A stretch of DNA of 62,577 bases from an uncultured Lachnospiraceae bacterium (GTDB lineage Bacteria; Bacillota; Clostridia; Lachnospirales; Lachnospiraceae): contig CACZTL010000004.1 of NCBI GenBank assembly GCA_902784165.1, positions 1-62,577 on the forward strand, read 5' to 3'. The notes under the pieces are model-generated. The model was not told the origin of the DNA and did no database searches. It saw only the letters and a program-made list of their open reading frames with translations. A program made the translations under genes and the position numbers. This document shows positions 29,356 to 39,887 of this stretch, in pieces; within the stretch, counting starts at the first letter, position 1; each line of letters starts with the position of its first letter.

Positions 29356-30759
29356 CTATGCATCCTTTAAAAATGCCTTATACGCACAATAAGCTTCATA
29401 AAGATCCACCTTGCTTATGATCTCTGCCGGAGCGTGCATATTAAGTACCGCTACGCCGCTGTCGATTACCTGCATTCCGTACGCTGCAAGAATATAAGCT
29501 ATCGTTCCGCCGCCTCCTATATCTACTTTTCCCAGCTCTGCTGTCTGAAAGGAAACTTTGTTTTTATCCATTATACTTCTAAGCTCTCCGAGGTATTCGG
29601 CGGATGCATCATTTGATCCGCTCTTTCCCCTTGCTCCGGTAAATTTATTAAATACCACACCGTGTCCGAGATACGCTACATTTTTTGTTTCAAAAAACGA
29701 AGGGTAGTTCGGATCAAATGCGCTTGATACGTCCGATGAGAGCATCTTGGAATTTGCAAGACATCTCCTTAGAGTCAGCTCGGAATACTCTCCCGTGCGA
29801 TCCATGACCTCTGCCACCATATTCTCAAAGAAGCGGGAGGTCATGCCTGTTGCACCTACACTGCCTATCTCTTCCTTGTCTACAAGTATGCACACACCCG
29901 TTTTTTTAAGCTTTTCTGATTCGAGCTGGGCGATCAGCGAAGGATAAGAGCAAACCCTGTCGTCATGCCCGTATCCCATGATCATGCTTGAATCAAAGCC
30001 GCAATCTCTTGCAGGTCCTGCAGGAACGATCTCAAGCTCTGCCGAAATAAAATCCTCTTCCTCAAAACCGTACTGCTTCTTAAGAACGGAAAGTATCTTT
30101 TTCTTAACAAGCTCCTTCCCTTCATCCTTACTGTCCTTGCCGGCAGGCTTCTTTTCCGGCATGCTCCCTACAAGAAGATTAAGATCCTCTCCCTCAACAA
30201 CATGCTCGCCGCTTTTTTTAAGCTGCTTGTCAGCAAGATGAACAAGTATATCGGTTATGCAAAAAACAGGATCCTGCGGATTTTCGCCAACATTTACCTC
30301 AATTATCTTACCGTTTTTAAGGGCTACTACCCCGTGAATCGCCATCTCTCTGGCAACCCACTGATACTTCTTTATGCCCCCGTAATAATGAGTATCAAGG
30401 AGCACCAGATCATTGTCCTCATAAAGAGGATTCTGCTTGACATCTATACGAGGAGAATCAAGATGAGCTCCGAGGATATTTAGCCCCTCCTCCATCGGAC
30501 GCTCTCCAATATTAAAAAGCAGAAGCGCCTTCTTCATATTGACGGCATAAACCTTGTCACCGGTCTTAAGCTTTTTGTTTCCGGCAATGATATCCTCCAG
30601 ATTTCTGTATCCCGCTGCCTCGGCCCGGCACACGGCTTCACTTACGCATTCCCTCTCTGTCTTACAGTCCGAAATAAACCCTCTGTATCCCTCTGCAAAT
30701 GTGAATACTTTCTTTCTTTGTGACTCTGAATATTTTTCCCAGGCATTATTTGTTTTCAT
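29356..30759 (-). CDS. M18-family aminopeptidase
   Basis: 467 aa. Blocks LGAHLDSPRIDV, GYGHDDRVCS, LVDKEEIGSVG. Confidence 0.82.
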   Translation of the reverse strand: MKTNNAWEKYSESQRKKVFTFAEGYRGFISDCKTERECVSEAVCRAEAAGYRNLEDIIAGNKKLKTGDKVYAVNMKKALLLFNIGERPMEEGLNILGAHLDSPRIDVKQNPLYEDNDLVLLDTHYYGGIKKYQWVAREMAIHGVVALKNGKIIEVNVGENPQDPVFCITDILVHLADKQLKKSGEHVVEGEDLNLLVGSMPEKKPAGKDSKDEGKELVKKKILSVLKKQYGFEEEDFISAELEIVPAGPARDCGFDSSMIMGYGHDDRVCSYPSLIAQLESEKLKKTGVCILVDKEEIGSVGATGMTSRFFENMVAEVMDRTGEYSELTLRRCLANSKMLSSDVSSAFDPNYPSFFETKNVAYLGHGVVFNKFTGARGKSGSNDASAEYLGELRSIMDKNKVSFQTAELGKVDIGGGGTIAYILAAYGMQVIDSGVAVLNMHAPAEIISKVDLYEAYCAYKAFLKDA

Positions 30760-30794
30760 TTTTTATCTCCTCGTGTGTTTTATTCATATAATTA

Positions 30795-30827
30795 AGTGTG
30801 TCAGCAGATCCGTCCCCGTTGACACAT
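30795..30827 (-). repeat. type B short element (reverse orientation)
   Basis: AGTGTGTCAGCAGATCCGTCCCCGTTGACACAT, 5 nt from the scpB stop codon. Confidence 0.88.
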
Positions 30828-30832
30828 TTTTC

Positions 30833-31480
30833 TTACGTCGCCACCTCTGCGACTTCATCCTCTCTCGGTTCCTCTTTCGGAACCTCATTTTCAACCTCAA
30901 GCTTCATCTGTCCCAGCAGATCCTCCGAAACATCAGGAAGATCATCAAGGCTGCTTAAATTAAATCTTCTTAAGAAATCATCCGTGGTAGAAAAAAGAAA
31001 CGGTCGTCCCGGAGCATCAAGCCGACCGGTTTCTTCTATCAAGCCAAATTCCACAAGTCTGCTTATGGAATTAGAACAGCTCACACCTCTGATATATTCT
31101 ATCTGAGATCTTGTAACGGGCTGCTTATACGCCACAATAGACAGAGTTTCAAGCATTGCATCAGAAAAAACATATTTCGTTTCTCTTGCGAGCACCTTGC
31201 AAAGCACATCATAATACTCTCTTTTAGTTGCGAGCTCATATCCGTCATTTATCTTTGCTATATATATACCCCTGTTTTGCGCGGTATAGTCATCCATTAA
31301 AGCAGTAAGTGCCGCCTGAATCTTATCGCACCCCGCTTCCAAACCCGAAGCCATAGCTTCGACAGTCAGAGGCTCGCCGAAAGCGTAAAGCATCGCCTCA
31401 ATTGCTCCTTTAAGATAGTCTTGTGAGGTGTTATCGCTTATATCTGTTATACCTTCTGTTTTTTCGTTTTTGATCGGCAT
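30833..31480 (-). CDS. scpB: segregation and condensation protein B
   Basis: 215 aa. Tandem winged-helix pattern (EAMLYAFGEPLTVEAM..., VTRSQIEYIRGV). Follows scpA. Confidence 0.9.
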   Translation of the reverse strand: MPIKNEKTEGITDISDNTSQDYLKGAIEAMLYAFGEPLTVEAMASGLEAGCDKIQAALTALMDDYTAQNRGIYIAKINDGYELATKREYYDVLCKVLARETKYVFSDAMLETLSIVAYKQPVTRSQIEYIRGVSCSNSISRLVEFGLIEETGRLDAPGRPFLFSTTDDFLRRFNLSSLDDLPDVSEDLLGQMKLEVENEVPKEEPREDEVAEVAT

Positions 31481-31525
31481 ACTTGTTATCCTTTTGTTAG
31501 TATAATCTTATGTATTTTATTATCA

Positions 31526-31545
31526 TTGTGTCAACGCGGACACAC
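31526..31545. repeat. degenerate element fragment
   Basis: TTGTGTCAACGCGGACACAC, between scpA and scpB. Confidence 0.5.
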
Positions 31546-31567
31546 GCCGCATGAAGTATTTGCAATT

Positions 31568-32353
31568 CTACAAAAACTCCCCGGACTCCCCGAATCCTTC
31601 CGGATCCTTAAGAACCGTTATATCTATCTGCGCACCTACCCCCTCCTGTGTTACCGAAACAAATCCGCCCTTCATCATTTCAAGAAGGACAAGAAAGGTT
31701 ACTATCTCCGAAAGAATCCCGCCCTTTTCGTCAAGCAGATTTTTAAATGTCAGCTTCCTCTCACGCTTCATTACCGTCTTGATTCCCTGAACACGACCGG
31801 CAACATCCACCTTTTCGGCCTCTATTGTTCCAAAGCGGCTTCTTATCGGATCCTTTCTTTCCGCCGCACGTCTGAGAGCATCGGCAAACGCTCGGTTTAA
31901 TACATTAACATCCATACCGTACATGAGCTTGTCAAGATCAGGCGCCGGACGGTATTTAAGTACCTCGGACGGAATATCCTCATAACCGAAAAACCTCTTT
32001 TTGCCTACCTCCTCACCAAGCCTGAGTTTTCCTGAAAGGTACTTAATCATCTTAAGCTCAAGAAGTCTTTTAGTTAACTCCTCCTTCATAAGCTCGGGAT
32101 CCGTTTCCTCCTCTTCCTCTTCGGGCTTCGGAAGAAGCATTTTTGATTTGATCATCAAAAGCTGCGCAGCCATAACAAGAAATTCACTTGCTATATCAAG
32201 ATCATTTCTTGCCATCTCGCGCACATATTCAACATACTGGTCTGTTATCTGCGCTATGGGTATATCGTAAATATCTAATTTGTTTTTTTCTATCAGGTGT
32301 AAAAGGAGATCAAGCGGTCCCTCGAACACCTCAAGCTTAAATTTCAGTTCCAT
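31568..32353 (-). CDS. scpA: segregation and condensation protein A (kleisin)
   Basis: 261 aa. N-terminus FEGPLDLLLHLIEKNKLDIYDIPIA. Confidence 0.9.
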   Translation of the reverse strand: MELKFKLEVFEGPLDLLLHLIEKNKLDIYDIPIAQITDQYVEYVREMARNDLDIASEFLVMAAQLLMIKSKMLLPKPEEEEEETDPELMKEELTKRLLELKMIKYLSGKLRLGEEVGKKRFFGYEDIPSEVLKYRPAPDLDKLMYGMDVNVLNRAFADALRRAAERKDPIRSRFGTIEAEKVDVAGRVQGIKTVMKRERKLTFKNLLDEKGGILSEIVTFLVLLEMMKGGFVSVTQEGVGAQIDITVLKDPEGFGESGEFL

Positions 32354-32415
32354 ATTTTTTATCTCTAATCAAACCGTTACTGTCCCTATCCGAGTTACTA
32401 TTCAGCGATAATTGT

Positions 32416-32485
32416 AGTGTGTCAAACGGGGACAGTCCCTTTGTGTCAGTCCTGACACAAAGGGACTGTCCCCATTTGACACACT
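32416..32485. repeat. nested palindromic element, type A, full length
   Basis: Upstream of scpA. Both termini read TTGACA outward. Confidence 0.95.
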
Positions 32486-32513
32486 ACTGACCGAACGCTA
32501 AATTATAACCTAT

Positions 32514-32530
32514 CGACACACTTTGACACT
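32514..32530. repeat. tandem right-end fragments of the element
   Basis: CGACACACTTTGACACT. The TTGACA within it is the -35 of the candidate sRNA promoter. Confidence 0.55.
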
Positions 32531-32551
32531 TATATAATTTCATAGTATAAT
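32523..32551 (+). promoter_or_regulatory. consensus sigma-A promoter (TTGACA-17-TATAAT) on the plus strand
   Basis: TTGACA at 32523..32528, a 17-nt spacer, TATAAT at 32546..32551. No plus-strand CDS lies downstream. Confidence 0.65.
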
Positions 32552-32557
32552 ATATAC

Positions 32558-32741
32558 AAATCTGGAATGTTCGCCAGCCCGCATATTTTGATCCGACATA
32601 TTTGATACGGGACACCTATATCGAACAGTCGGATGTCAGGCCGTCATTCGAGCGGAAGACTGACGATTGCTCTGCGGAGACCCACCTGGCCGTTTGCCGG
32701 GAGTCATTCATGCGGACAACGGCATTCCGGATCTTTTTTTA
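32558..32741 (+). ncRNA. candidate ~180-nt structured small RNA, class unknown
   Basis: Consensus promoter (TTGACA-17-TATAAT) ends at 32551. A GC-richer segment follows with long-range pairing 32560-32569/32723-32732 and 32579-32584/32710-32715. It also contains the extended hairpin 32591-32634 and ends in a hairpin plus T7 run. No plausible ORF or RBS. Confidence 0.5.
32697..32740 (+). terminator. terminator of the candidate sRNA
   Basis: Plus strand: CCGGG...AUGC-ggacaacg-GCAU-UCCGG, then AUC and U7. Converges on the yihY-like stop codon. Confidence 0.55.
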
Positions 32742-33665
32742 TTTATCCTTGGTGTCCGCATCATTTTTTTTTCCTCTCTTGTTGTGAGGTGTACTGTCAC
32801 TCAAGACCTTAACTATCTTCCACTGCGAAATACGCATCCATTTCGGAAGTATTATCCATTTCTTTTCCAGAAAAGTATTAAACTCAGCGCCTATGAATAT
32901 GAATATGAATATAGCAAAAAGCCAGAAAAGTGTAAATATTACATTTGCTATACTTCCGTACATATAATTAAACTGAGGCGAATTAGATATAATCAGTGAA
33001 AATATAACCGTAAATACCATCGCTCCCAGCATCGCTATGATCGCTCCGGGAAGTGATCCCCAAAATGTTCCCTTCCTGTTCGGTACATATATATACATTG
33101 CCGTAAACATAGCAAGAAGTGAGGCAGGCACTATCAAAAGCCTCCAAAACATTATATGATGCAATATATTAGCCAATCCGGGAAATACAGGCTCTATATC
33201 TTTTATGATAAGCCCGCCGTAACCGTACAGCACCACGAGCAGCACTATCACAAACATAAATAAAAATGTGTAAGCCGTAGATTTCAAACGGCGTAACAGC
33301 CATGATTTTTGCGTCTTTACACCGTATATGGTATCAAGCGCTTTCATTATCGCCATAAACCCCTGACCGGCCGTGTAAACCGTAAATACGATAGAAAACG
33401 ACGTGATCAGAAACGATCGTTTTTCAAATATATCCTTGACAAAACCATCTATAAGACCTGCTATCTGAGGTGGTGCGGAAGCATTTATTATCTTCAGCAG
33501 ATCCTCCACCTGCACCGGGAATAATGTAAGGATATTGAGCAAAATCAGTAAAAACGGAAGGAAACAAGTCACTAAAAAAAAGACTGAAGCAGCAGCATAA
33601 TAAATACAGTTATCTTCAAAAAACTTGCTGAACATCTTTTTTATTGTCGGATCATAATTCGACAT
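32739..33665 (-). CDS. YihY/BrkB-family membrane protein
   Basis: 308 aa, about 6 TM segments, YihY-like N-terminal region with a Lys-rich tail. Confidence 0.75.
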   Translation of the reverse strand: MSNYDPTIKKMFSKFFEDNCIYYAAASVFFLVTCFLPFLLILLNILTLFPVQVEDLLKIINASAPPQIAGLIDGFVKDIFEKRSFLITSFSIVFTVYTAGQGFMAIMKALDTIYGVKTQKSWLLRRLKSTAYTFLFMFVIVLLVVLYGYGGLIIKDIEPVFPGLANILHHIMFWRLLIVPASLLAMFTAMYIYVPNRKGTFWGSLPGAIIAMLGAMVFTVIFSLIISNSPQFNYMYGSIANVIFTLFWLFAIFIFIFIGAEFNTFLEKKWIILPKWMRISQWKIVKVLSDSTPHNKRGKKNDADTKDK

Positions 33666-33673
33666 AAACGCTT

Positions 33674-34222
33674 TTAAACCCTTCCGCCTCTTACCGGTGT
33701 ATCAAAATCTATATCCTTTATCTCATAACCTGAGAGCTCTACAGCCTCTATTATCACATCTTCATCTACTCCGAGATACTCAGATAACTCCTTAGGTGTC
33801 GGCTTGATTCCGTATTCTGTACAAAATCTTTCTACTCCTTCGTTTATCAGATTTACCTTGGCAAGTATCTCTTCACCTGCTTTTTTTGACTGTTCTTCAG
33901 ACTTAGTAAGAACAATCAAAGCCTCTTCACAGCCCGAGCTTACTTCATGTATAATCTCCCGAAACACCTCCGTCTGCGTTTCAGTTTCACCGGTTAATAT
34001 ACGTTCTCTCCTGTTATTCTTTTCTATAAAGGCGCCTCCCAAAATAACCTCAGAAATAACAAGAGCGCATTCCTGCCTCAGGTCTTCTTCCGGTACACCC
34101 TTTCCCTTAAAATCCCTTATATAATCATCCGAAAAGCCTAAAAAAATATCCAGGAGCTTATTAATATCCTCCTGCTCATTATTCAAAGCTATATCTTTAA
34201 GTAAAAATATATACTCATTCAT
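33674..34222 (-). CDS. hypothetical acidic protein with a sigma-70 region-3-like segment
   Basis: Start moved to ATG 34222 (GGGGA upstream), which avoids overlap with the GNAT gene. The C-terminal YGIKPTPKELSEYLGVDEDVIIEAVELSG resembles a sigma region 3 HTH. No region 2 or region 4 seen. Confidence 0.4.
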   Translation of the reverse strand: MNEYIFLLKDIALNNEQEDINKLLDIFLGFSDDYIRDFKGKGVPEEDLRQECALVISEVILGGAFIEKNNRRERILTGETETQTEVFREIIHEVSSGCEEALIVLTKSEEQSKKAGEEILAKVNLINEGVERFCTEYGIKPTPKELSEYLGVDEDVIIEAVELSGYEIKDIDFDTPVRGGRV

Positions 34223-34223
34223 A

Positions 34224-34658
34224 TCATGATTCCCCGAATTCATTTTTAAGAACCAGTGTCAGACCGGATCCGAATCTCTCATTCGGACGTCTTACAAAGC
34301 CGCATTTTTCATAAAAGCTTTCAGTGCCCTTTACACTCATAAGACCCAGGTACATCTGTGTACCCGGCAATACCATATCCCTCGCGCTTTGTATAAGCCT
34401 GTCTACGATATTCCTTCCTATCCTCTGTCCCTGATAATCAGGATCCACCATCACATCCTGGATGTAACAAATGACTGCACCGTCACCTATAAGACGCCCC
34501 ATACCGGCCAGTCTGCTTCCGTCATAAGCGCATATTACTTTGATAGCATTATTAAGTGATTTATGAGCCTGATCCTCTGAAATCTCAAAAAAGCCGACCT
34601 TTTTTCTAAGTGCTCTGTACACATCGGTAAATGGCTTTATTTCGTTATAAACTATCAT
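34224..34658 (-). CDS. GNAT-family N-acetyltransferase
   Basis: 144 aa. Acetyl-CoA motif A VDPDYQGQRIGRNIV. Confidence 0.85.
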   Translation of the reverse strand: MIVYNEIKPFTDVYRALRKKVGFFEISEDQAHKSLNNAIKVICAYDGSRLAGMGRLIGDGAVICYIQDVMVDPDYQGQRIGRNIVDRLIQSARDMVLPGTQMYLGLMSVKGTESFYEKCGFVRRPNERFGSGLTLVLKNEFGES

Positions 34659-34680
34659 CAGTTATTCCCCTTAAATTCAT

Positions 34681-36204
34681 TTATACTCCTTTATTACAGT
34701 CAAGATCAAACCAGAAGTCCACGCCGGTTTCCGTATTAACAACACCACACTCTCTTCCGTGCTGTGCCATAATAGCTTTAACTATGGAAAGACCAATGCC
34801 ATTTCCGCCGTACTCCCTTGATCTTGCCTTATCCACCTTATAAAACTTATTCCATATTTCATTTATCTGATCTGCTGGTATACTATCCCCGGTATTTTCT
34901 ACATGAACCCTGACAAAATCATCCTGCTGCGTTAAATGCACATAAATAATCTTGTCATATTTACAGTGATTTACGGCATTTGTTATAAAATTCGTAAGAA
35001 CCTGCTCGGTCTTTAGTGCGTCGGCAAATACCTCTATACATTCATCCCTCTGATCAAATCTTACAGATATCCCTTCTTTGTTGAACTTAATGGAATTTGA
35101 TGTAAGCAAAGCCTTGATCATTTTGACAATATCAAAGCGTTCTATCTCAAGCTCGCTTTTTCCGCTTTCTATCTGACTTATGGTAAGCATCTGCTTTACC
35201 ATACTGTTCATCTTTGCCGCCTCATCGATTATGATATCGCAATACTCATTCCTGGTTTCTTCATCGTCTGCAATACCGTCCCTTAAAGCCTCAGCATAGC
35301 CTTCAATAAGCGCTATAGGCGTCTTCAGCTCATGAGATACATCAGAAACAAACTCTTCCTGCCTCTTTTGTATTTTCTTTTTATTTTCAATGTCGCTTTG
35401 AAGCTCGAGATTGGCGCTTTTCAGCTTTGTTATAGTGCTTTCAAGTTCACGGGACATCTCGTTCATGCTCTCGCCGAGCAGCCCGATTTCAGAGGAGTCT
35501 TTTTCAGTATATTTTGCATCGAAGTCAAGCACAGACATCCTTTTAGCAACTTCAGAAAGCTTGCGTATAGGCTTTGATATATAAGACGACAAAAAAATAG
35601 CAAATAAAAAAGCTATTCCGAGCATAAGCAGACCTACGATAAGTATGTTTGTATTCATCACGCTCATCGTATCTTTAATACTTGCTGTAGCAACCCTGAG
35701 AAGTATAGTCTGACCGGATGGTATGCTGCCGTACAGTTCCACGACCTCATCGCCGAATTTAATATCATAAAACTTCTGTAACACATAATCATCATTTTTT
35801 TCCAGAAGCTTTATTACATTATCCGCATCCAGCTGCTCCGGATCCGACATGAGATTTTGCTGAAGCCTTCCTACTATCACCTCATAATTTCCTACATTAC
35901 TGTAGGATGTTGACCAGTCACTTTCGATCATGAGTGCCGTCAGTGACCTTTTTAGGCAAATATTATCAAACTGGTCACCCAGTGCTTCCTGTGTTATCTT
36001 TCCCTGCTCGTAATCCTCCATAAGACGTGATATTTCCGTATAGGCTTCCCGCATATCCCTGCGCTTGCTGTTTTCATAAAACATCTCGGAAAAAGCAGCG
36101 TTAAAAATAAGCAAAAACGCAATCATACCGCTTATTACGGCTAAGAAGCCAAGCAGCAGACGCGTCCTTATAGAGTGTCTTATTCCTATTTTACCGTTAC
36201 TCAT
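34681..36204 (-). CDS. sensor histidine kinase (two TM segments, HAMP, HisKA, HATPase)
   Basis: 507 aa. H-box SHELKTPIA, N box NAVNH, G boxes ENTGDSI and GGNGIGLSIV. Confidence 0.9.
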   Translation of the reverse strand: MSNGKIGIRHSIRTRLLLGFLAVISGMIAFLLIFNAAFSEMFYENSKRRDMREAYTEISRLMEDYEQGKITQEALGDQFDNICLKRSLTALMIESDWSTSYSNVGNYEVIVGRLQQNLMSDPEQLDADNVIKLLEKNDDYVLQKFYDIKFGDEVVELYGSIPSGQTILLRVATASIKDTMSVMNTNILIVGLLMLGIAFLFAIFLSSYISKPIRKLSEVAKRMSVLDFDAKYTEKDSSEIGLLGESMNEMSRELESTITKLKSANLELQSDIENKKKIQKRQEEFVSDVSHELKTPIALIEGYAEALRDGIADDEETRNEYCDIIIDEAAKMNSMVKQMLTISQIESGKSELEIERFDIVKMIKALLTSNSIKFNKEGISVRFDQRDECIEVFADALKTEQVLTNFITNAVNHCKYDKIIYVHLTQQDDFVRVHVENTGDSIPADQINEIWNKFYKVDKARSREYGGNGIGLSIVKAIMAQHGRECGVVNTETGVDFWFDLDCNKGV

Positions 36205-36218
36205 ATACCAAACATTCC

Positions 36219-36902
36219 TTACTCTTTATCCGGTTCAAACTTATATCCCATCCCCCAGATAGTCTTGATATACGAGCCCTTATCACCAAGCTTCTGACGA
36301 AGCTTTTTTACATGAGTATCTATAGTTCTGGCATCGCCGTAGTAGTCATAATTCCATACATTATTGAGTATCTTGTCTCTCGAAAGCGCCAGACCTTCAT
36401 TCTCTATAAAATAAGTCAGAAGCTCAAACTCTTTAAAGCTAAGCTCAATAAACTCACCATCGATAGAAACGGTATGAGCGCCCTGATCTACAACTATACC
36501 GCCGGCATTTATCACGGAAGCTTCACCGTCGCCGTATGTACGACGTATAAGTGCCGCGATACGTGCCATAAGTACCTTAGGACTTACCGGCTTGGAAATA
36601 AACTCATCGGCGCCCGACTCGAAGCTTTCCAGCTCATCAGACTCTGTATCTTTAGCAGTAAGCATGATTATAGGAACATCTGATGATTTACGTACTTCCT
36701 TACACACCTCCCAGCCGTCAAATTTCGGCATCATAACATCAAGGATAATAAGTGATATATCTTTATCACGCTCAAATGCAGTAAGAGCCTCCTGCCCGTC
36801 CTCGGCTTCAGTTACTTCGTAATTTTCCCTCACAAGAAAGTCCCTCAAAAGCTTTCTCATCCTTTCTTCATCATCAGCGACAAGTATTTTATATTTATTC
36901 AT
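36219..36902 (-). CDS. OmpR-family response regulator
   Basis: 227 aa. Receiver Asp in LIILDVMMP and a C-terminal winged helix (...IKTIWGMGYKF). Confidence 0.92.
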   Translation of the reverse strand: MNKYKILVADDEERMRKLLRDFLVRENYEVTEAEDGQEALTAFERDKDISLIILDVMMPKFDGWEVCKEVRKSSDVPIIMLTAKDTESDELESFESGADEFISKPVSPKVLMARIAALIRRTYGDGEASVINAGGIVVDQGAHTVSIDGEFIELSFKEFELLTYFIENEGLALSRDKILNNVWNYDYYGDARTIDTHVKKLRQKLGDKGSYIKTIWGMGYKFEPDKE

Positions 36903-36951
36903 TTTATCATCTCCCGTTTTTATTTAAATAATTATCGGCATATAAACTTCC

Positions 36952-37656
36952 CTACAAATGCTCATCATGCTTAGACTCATGCCTTATAAGAAAGAACATA
37001 ACGACATACATAGCTACCACAAATGAAATATAAAGCACTGTAGCCGTGGTTCCCCTAAGTGTCGCAAGAGTATCGTACAATCCGTGAAGTCCGACCGGCA
37101 CCAGCCAGGAAAGCCACGAACAAAGCCTTGACGTCTGCTCCCTTCCCCTGTTTCTGTAAAACTTCGCTTTTGAATAAAAAATACCCATAGCGACGGAAAA
37201 TGCCATATGCGCCGGAACAGCAAGTACGGCTCTTGAGCCGGCAACCGCCAGTCCGTATCTGAAAACGTAGCTTACATTTTCAAAAATGGCAAATCCGAGT
37301 GAAACAGAAACCGCATAAACCAGACCGTCGAATTTATAATCAAAATTCGAATTCTTCCACGTCTGTGTTCTTAGCATGATATACTTTGTTCCTTCTTCAA
37401 CCGCTCCTACCATCAGGAAGGTCAGAACGGTCACAAACATAATAGTCTGATCCGAAGCCAGGAAACGTATCACTCCGTCACCGATATCTTCAAGAAATAT
37501 CGAAATAACGGCAGCTAAAATCCCCATAAACAACAGCCTGATCACAAACGGCATAGGCTCCGGCTCTATCTTGTCCATACTGTATACATAAACAAGAAGT
37601 AATATAGCAGGAAGTATAGCCGCTGCTATATATATTATAAAAATAAACACAGACAT
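36952..37656 (-). CDS. PrsW-family intramembrane metalloprotease
   Basis: 234 aa polytopic protein with motifs AVEEGTKY and HGLYD. Confidence 0.78.
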   Translation of the reverse strand: MSVFIFIIYIAAAILPAILLLVYVYSMDKIEPEPMPFVIRLLFMGILAAVISIFLEDIGDGVIRFLASDQTIMFVTVLTFLMVGAVEEGTKYIMLRTQTWKNSNFDYKFDGLVYAVSVSLGFAIFENVSYVFRYGLAVAGSRAVLAVPAHMAFSVAMGIFYSKAKFYRNRGREQTSRLCSWLSWLVPVGLHGLYDTLATLRGTTATVLYISFVVAMYVVMFFLIRHESKHDEHL

Positions 37657-37707
37657 GTGTTATATCCTCCCTACATTTTTCCTCTTTAAATCCGTTAATA
37701 TTTATAA

Positions 37708-37770
37708 TTAACTGTAGTGTGTCAGACGGGGACACACTTGGTCTGTCCCCGTCTGACACACTACAGTTAA
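37708..37770. repeat. internally deleted type A derivative; perfect 27-bp arms extend 8 nt into the flanks
   Basis: TTAACTGTAGTGTGTCAGACGGGGACA-cacttggtc-TGTCCCCGTCTGACACACTACAGTTAA. The element core is 37716..37762. Confidence 0.93.
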
Positions 37771-37870
37771 TGCCAAATGTTAACAAAAATCCTTCTCAAG
37801 TAATAGCGCAACACAAAATCACGCAATAACACAACATATATTGTATACAAAAAGCTTTAAAAAATCAACT

Positions 37871-37898
37871 AAAAAAAGAGACCGACTTAGGTCTCTTT
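37871..37898 (-). terminator. intrinsic terminator after tmRNA
   Basis: Minus strand: AGAGACC-UAAGUC-GGUCUCU followed by U7. Confidence 0.8.
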
Positions 37899-37900
37899 AG

Positions 37901-38288
37901 TGGAGTAGACGAGAATCGAACTCGTGTCCGGAAAACGCTCCGTACGGTCTTCTACTATCATAGTTGATCATTTGCTCAAAGCTGTTTAAACCACATTCCG
38001 GGAATCAACGCCGGCACATGGCCGAGCCCTGTAATATCGCCCGCCGGCCACAAGACATCACCGTCGGGAGTACCCCGCAAAATATAAGACCCGGACTCCG
38101 ATCCTGCGGGCAAACCGGACCGGACCGCCGTTTATAGAAGAAACGGCCTTTGGTTGCTGCTTAACCTAAATTAGGCAGCAAGCGCTAAATCATAATCGTC
38201 TTCAGCGTTTAATTTAAAAGAACGTTTAACGCACGCCTGCGGATAGCTTCTCCGTCTTTACATTCCCCGTCGAAACCTTTACTACCCC
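37901..38288 (-). ncRNA. ssrA: tmRNA (ssrA)
   Basis: The 5' GGGGTAG pairs with 3' CTACTCC, including the G3:U alanine identity pair. T-arm ACGAGTTCGATTCTCGT. Internal tag frame GCT GAA GAC GAT TAT GAT TTA GCG CTT GCT GCC TAA = AEDDYDLALAA. CCA is not encoded. Confidence 0.93.
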
Positions 38289-38290
38289 AT

Positions 38291-38318
38291 GTGTGTGTCA
38301 GTCCCCATCTGACACACT
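38291..38318. repeat. minimal derivative (terminal modules only)
   Basis: GTGTGTGTCAG-TCCCCAT-CTGACACACT. Lies between the guaB stop (38343) and the tmRNA 5' end (38288). Confidence 0.85.
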
Positions 38319-38342
38319 TTACCGTCACAACGCCTCTGCGCA

Positions 38343-39845
<1,503 letters not shown>

Positions 39846-39858
39846 TTATATTCTTTAC

Positions 39859-39887
39859 ATAATATTTGAAAAAAAAGCAAATGTCAA
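39859..39887 (-). promoter_or_regulatory. guaB promoter (TTGACA-17-TATTAT)
   Basis: Minus strand: -35 at 39882..39887, -10 at 39859..39864, about 55 nt upstream of the guaB ATG. Confidence 0.6.

Noticed and set aside
32640-32700. Minus-strand GGCAAAC...CCGCAGAGC resembling c-di-GMP-I (GEMM) boxes, and plus-strand GUCAGG...CGGAAG resembling the SRP RNA domain IV.
   Set aside because: The helices required between and around these boxes cannot be drawn: there is no P2 hairpin with a GNRA loop for GEMM, and no CAGGUCC-GGAA-GGAAGCAG hairpin for SRP. The resemblance is limited to short strings.
37490-37786. 98-aa minus-strand ORF overlapping the prsW start and the 37708..37770 palindrome.
   Set aside because: It is out of frame with the supported PrsW gene, and its N-terminus is a translation of the repeat.
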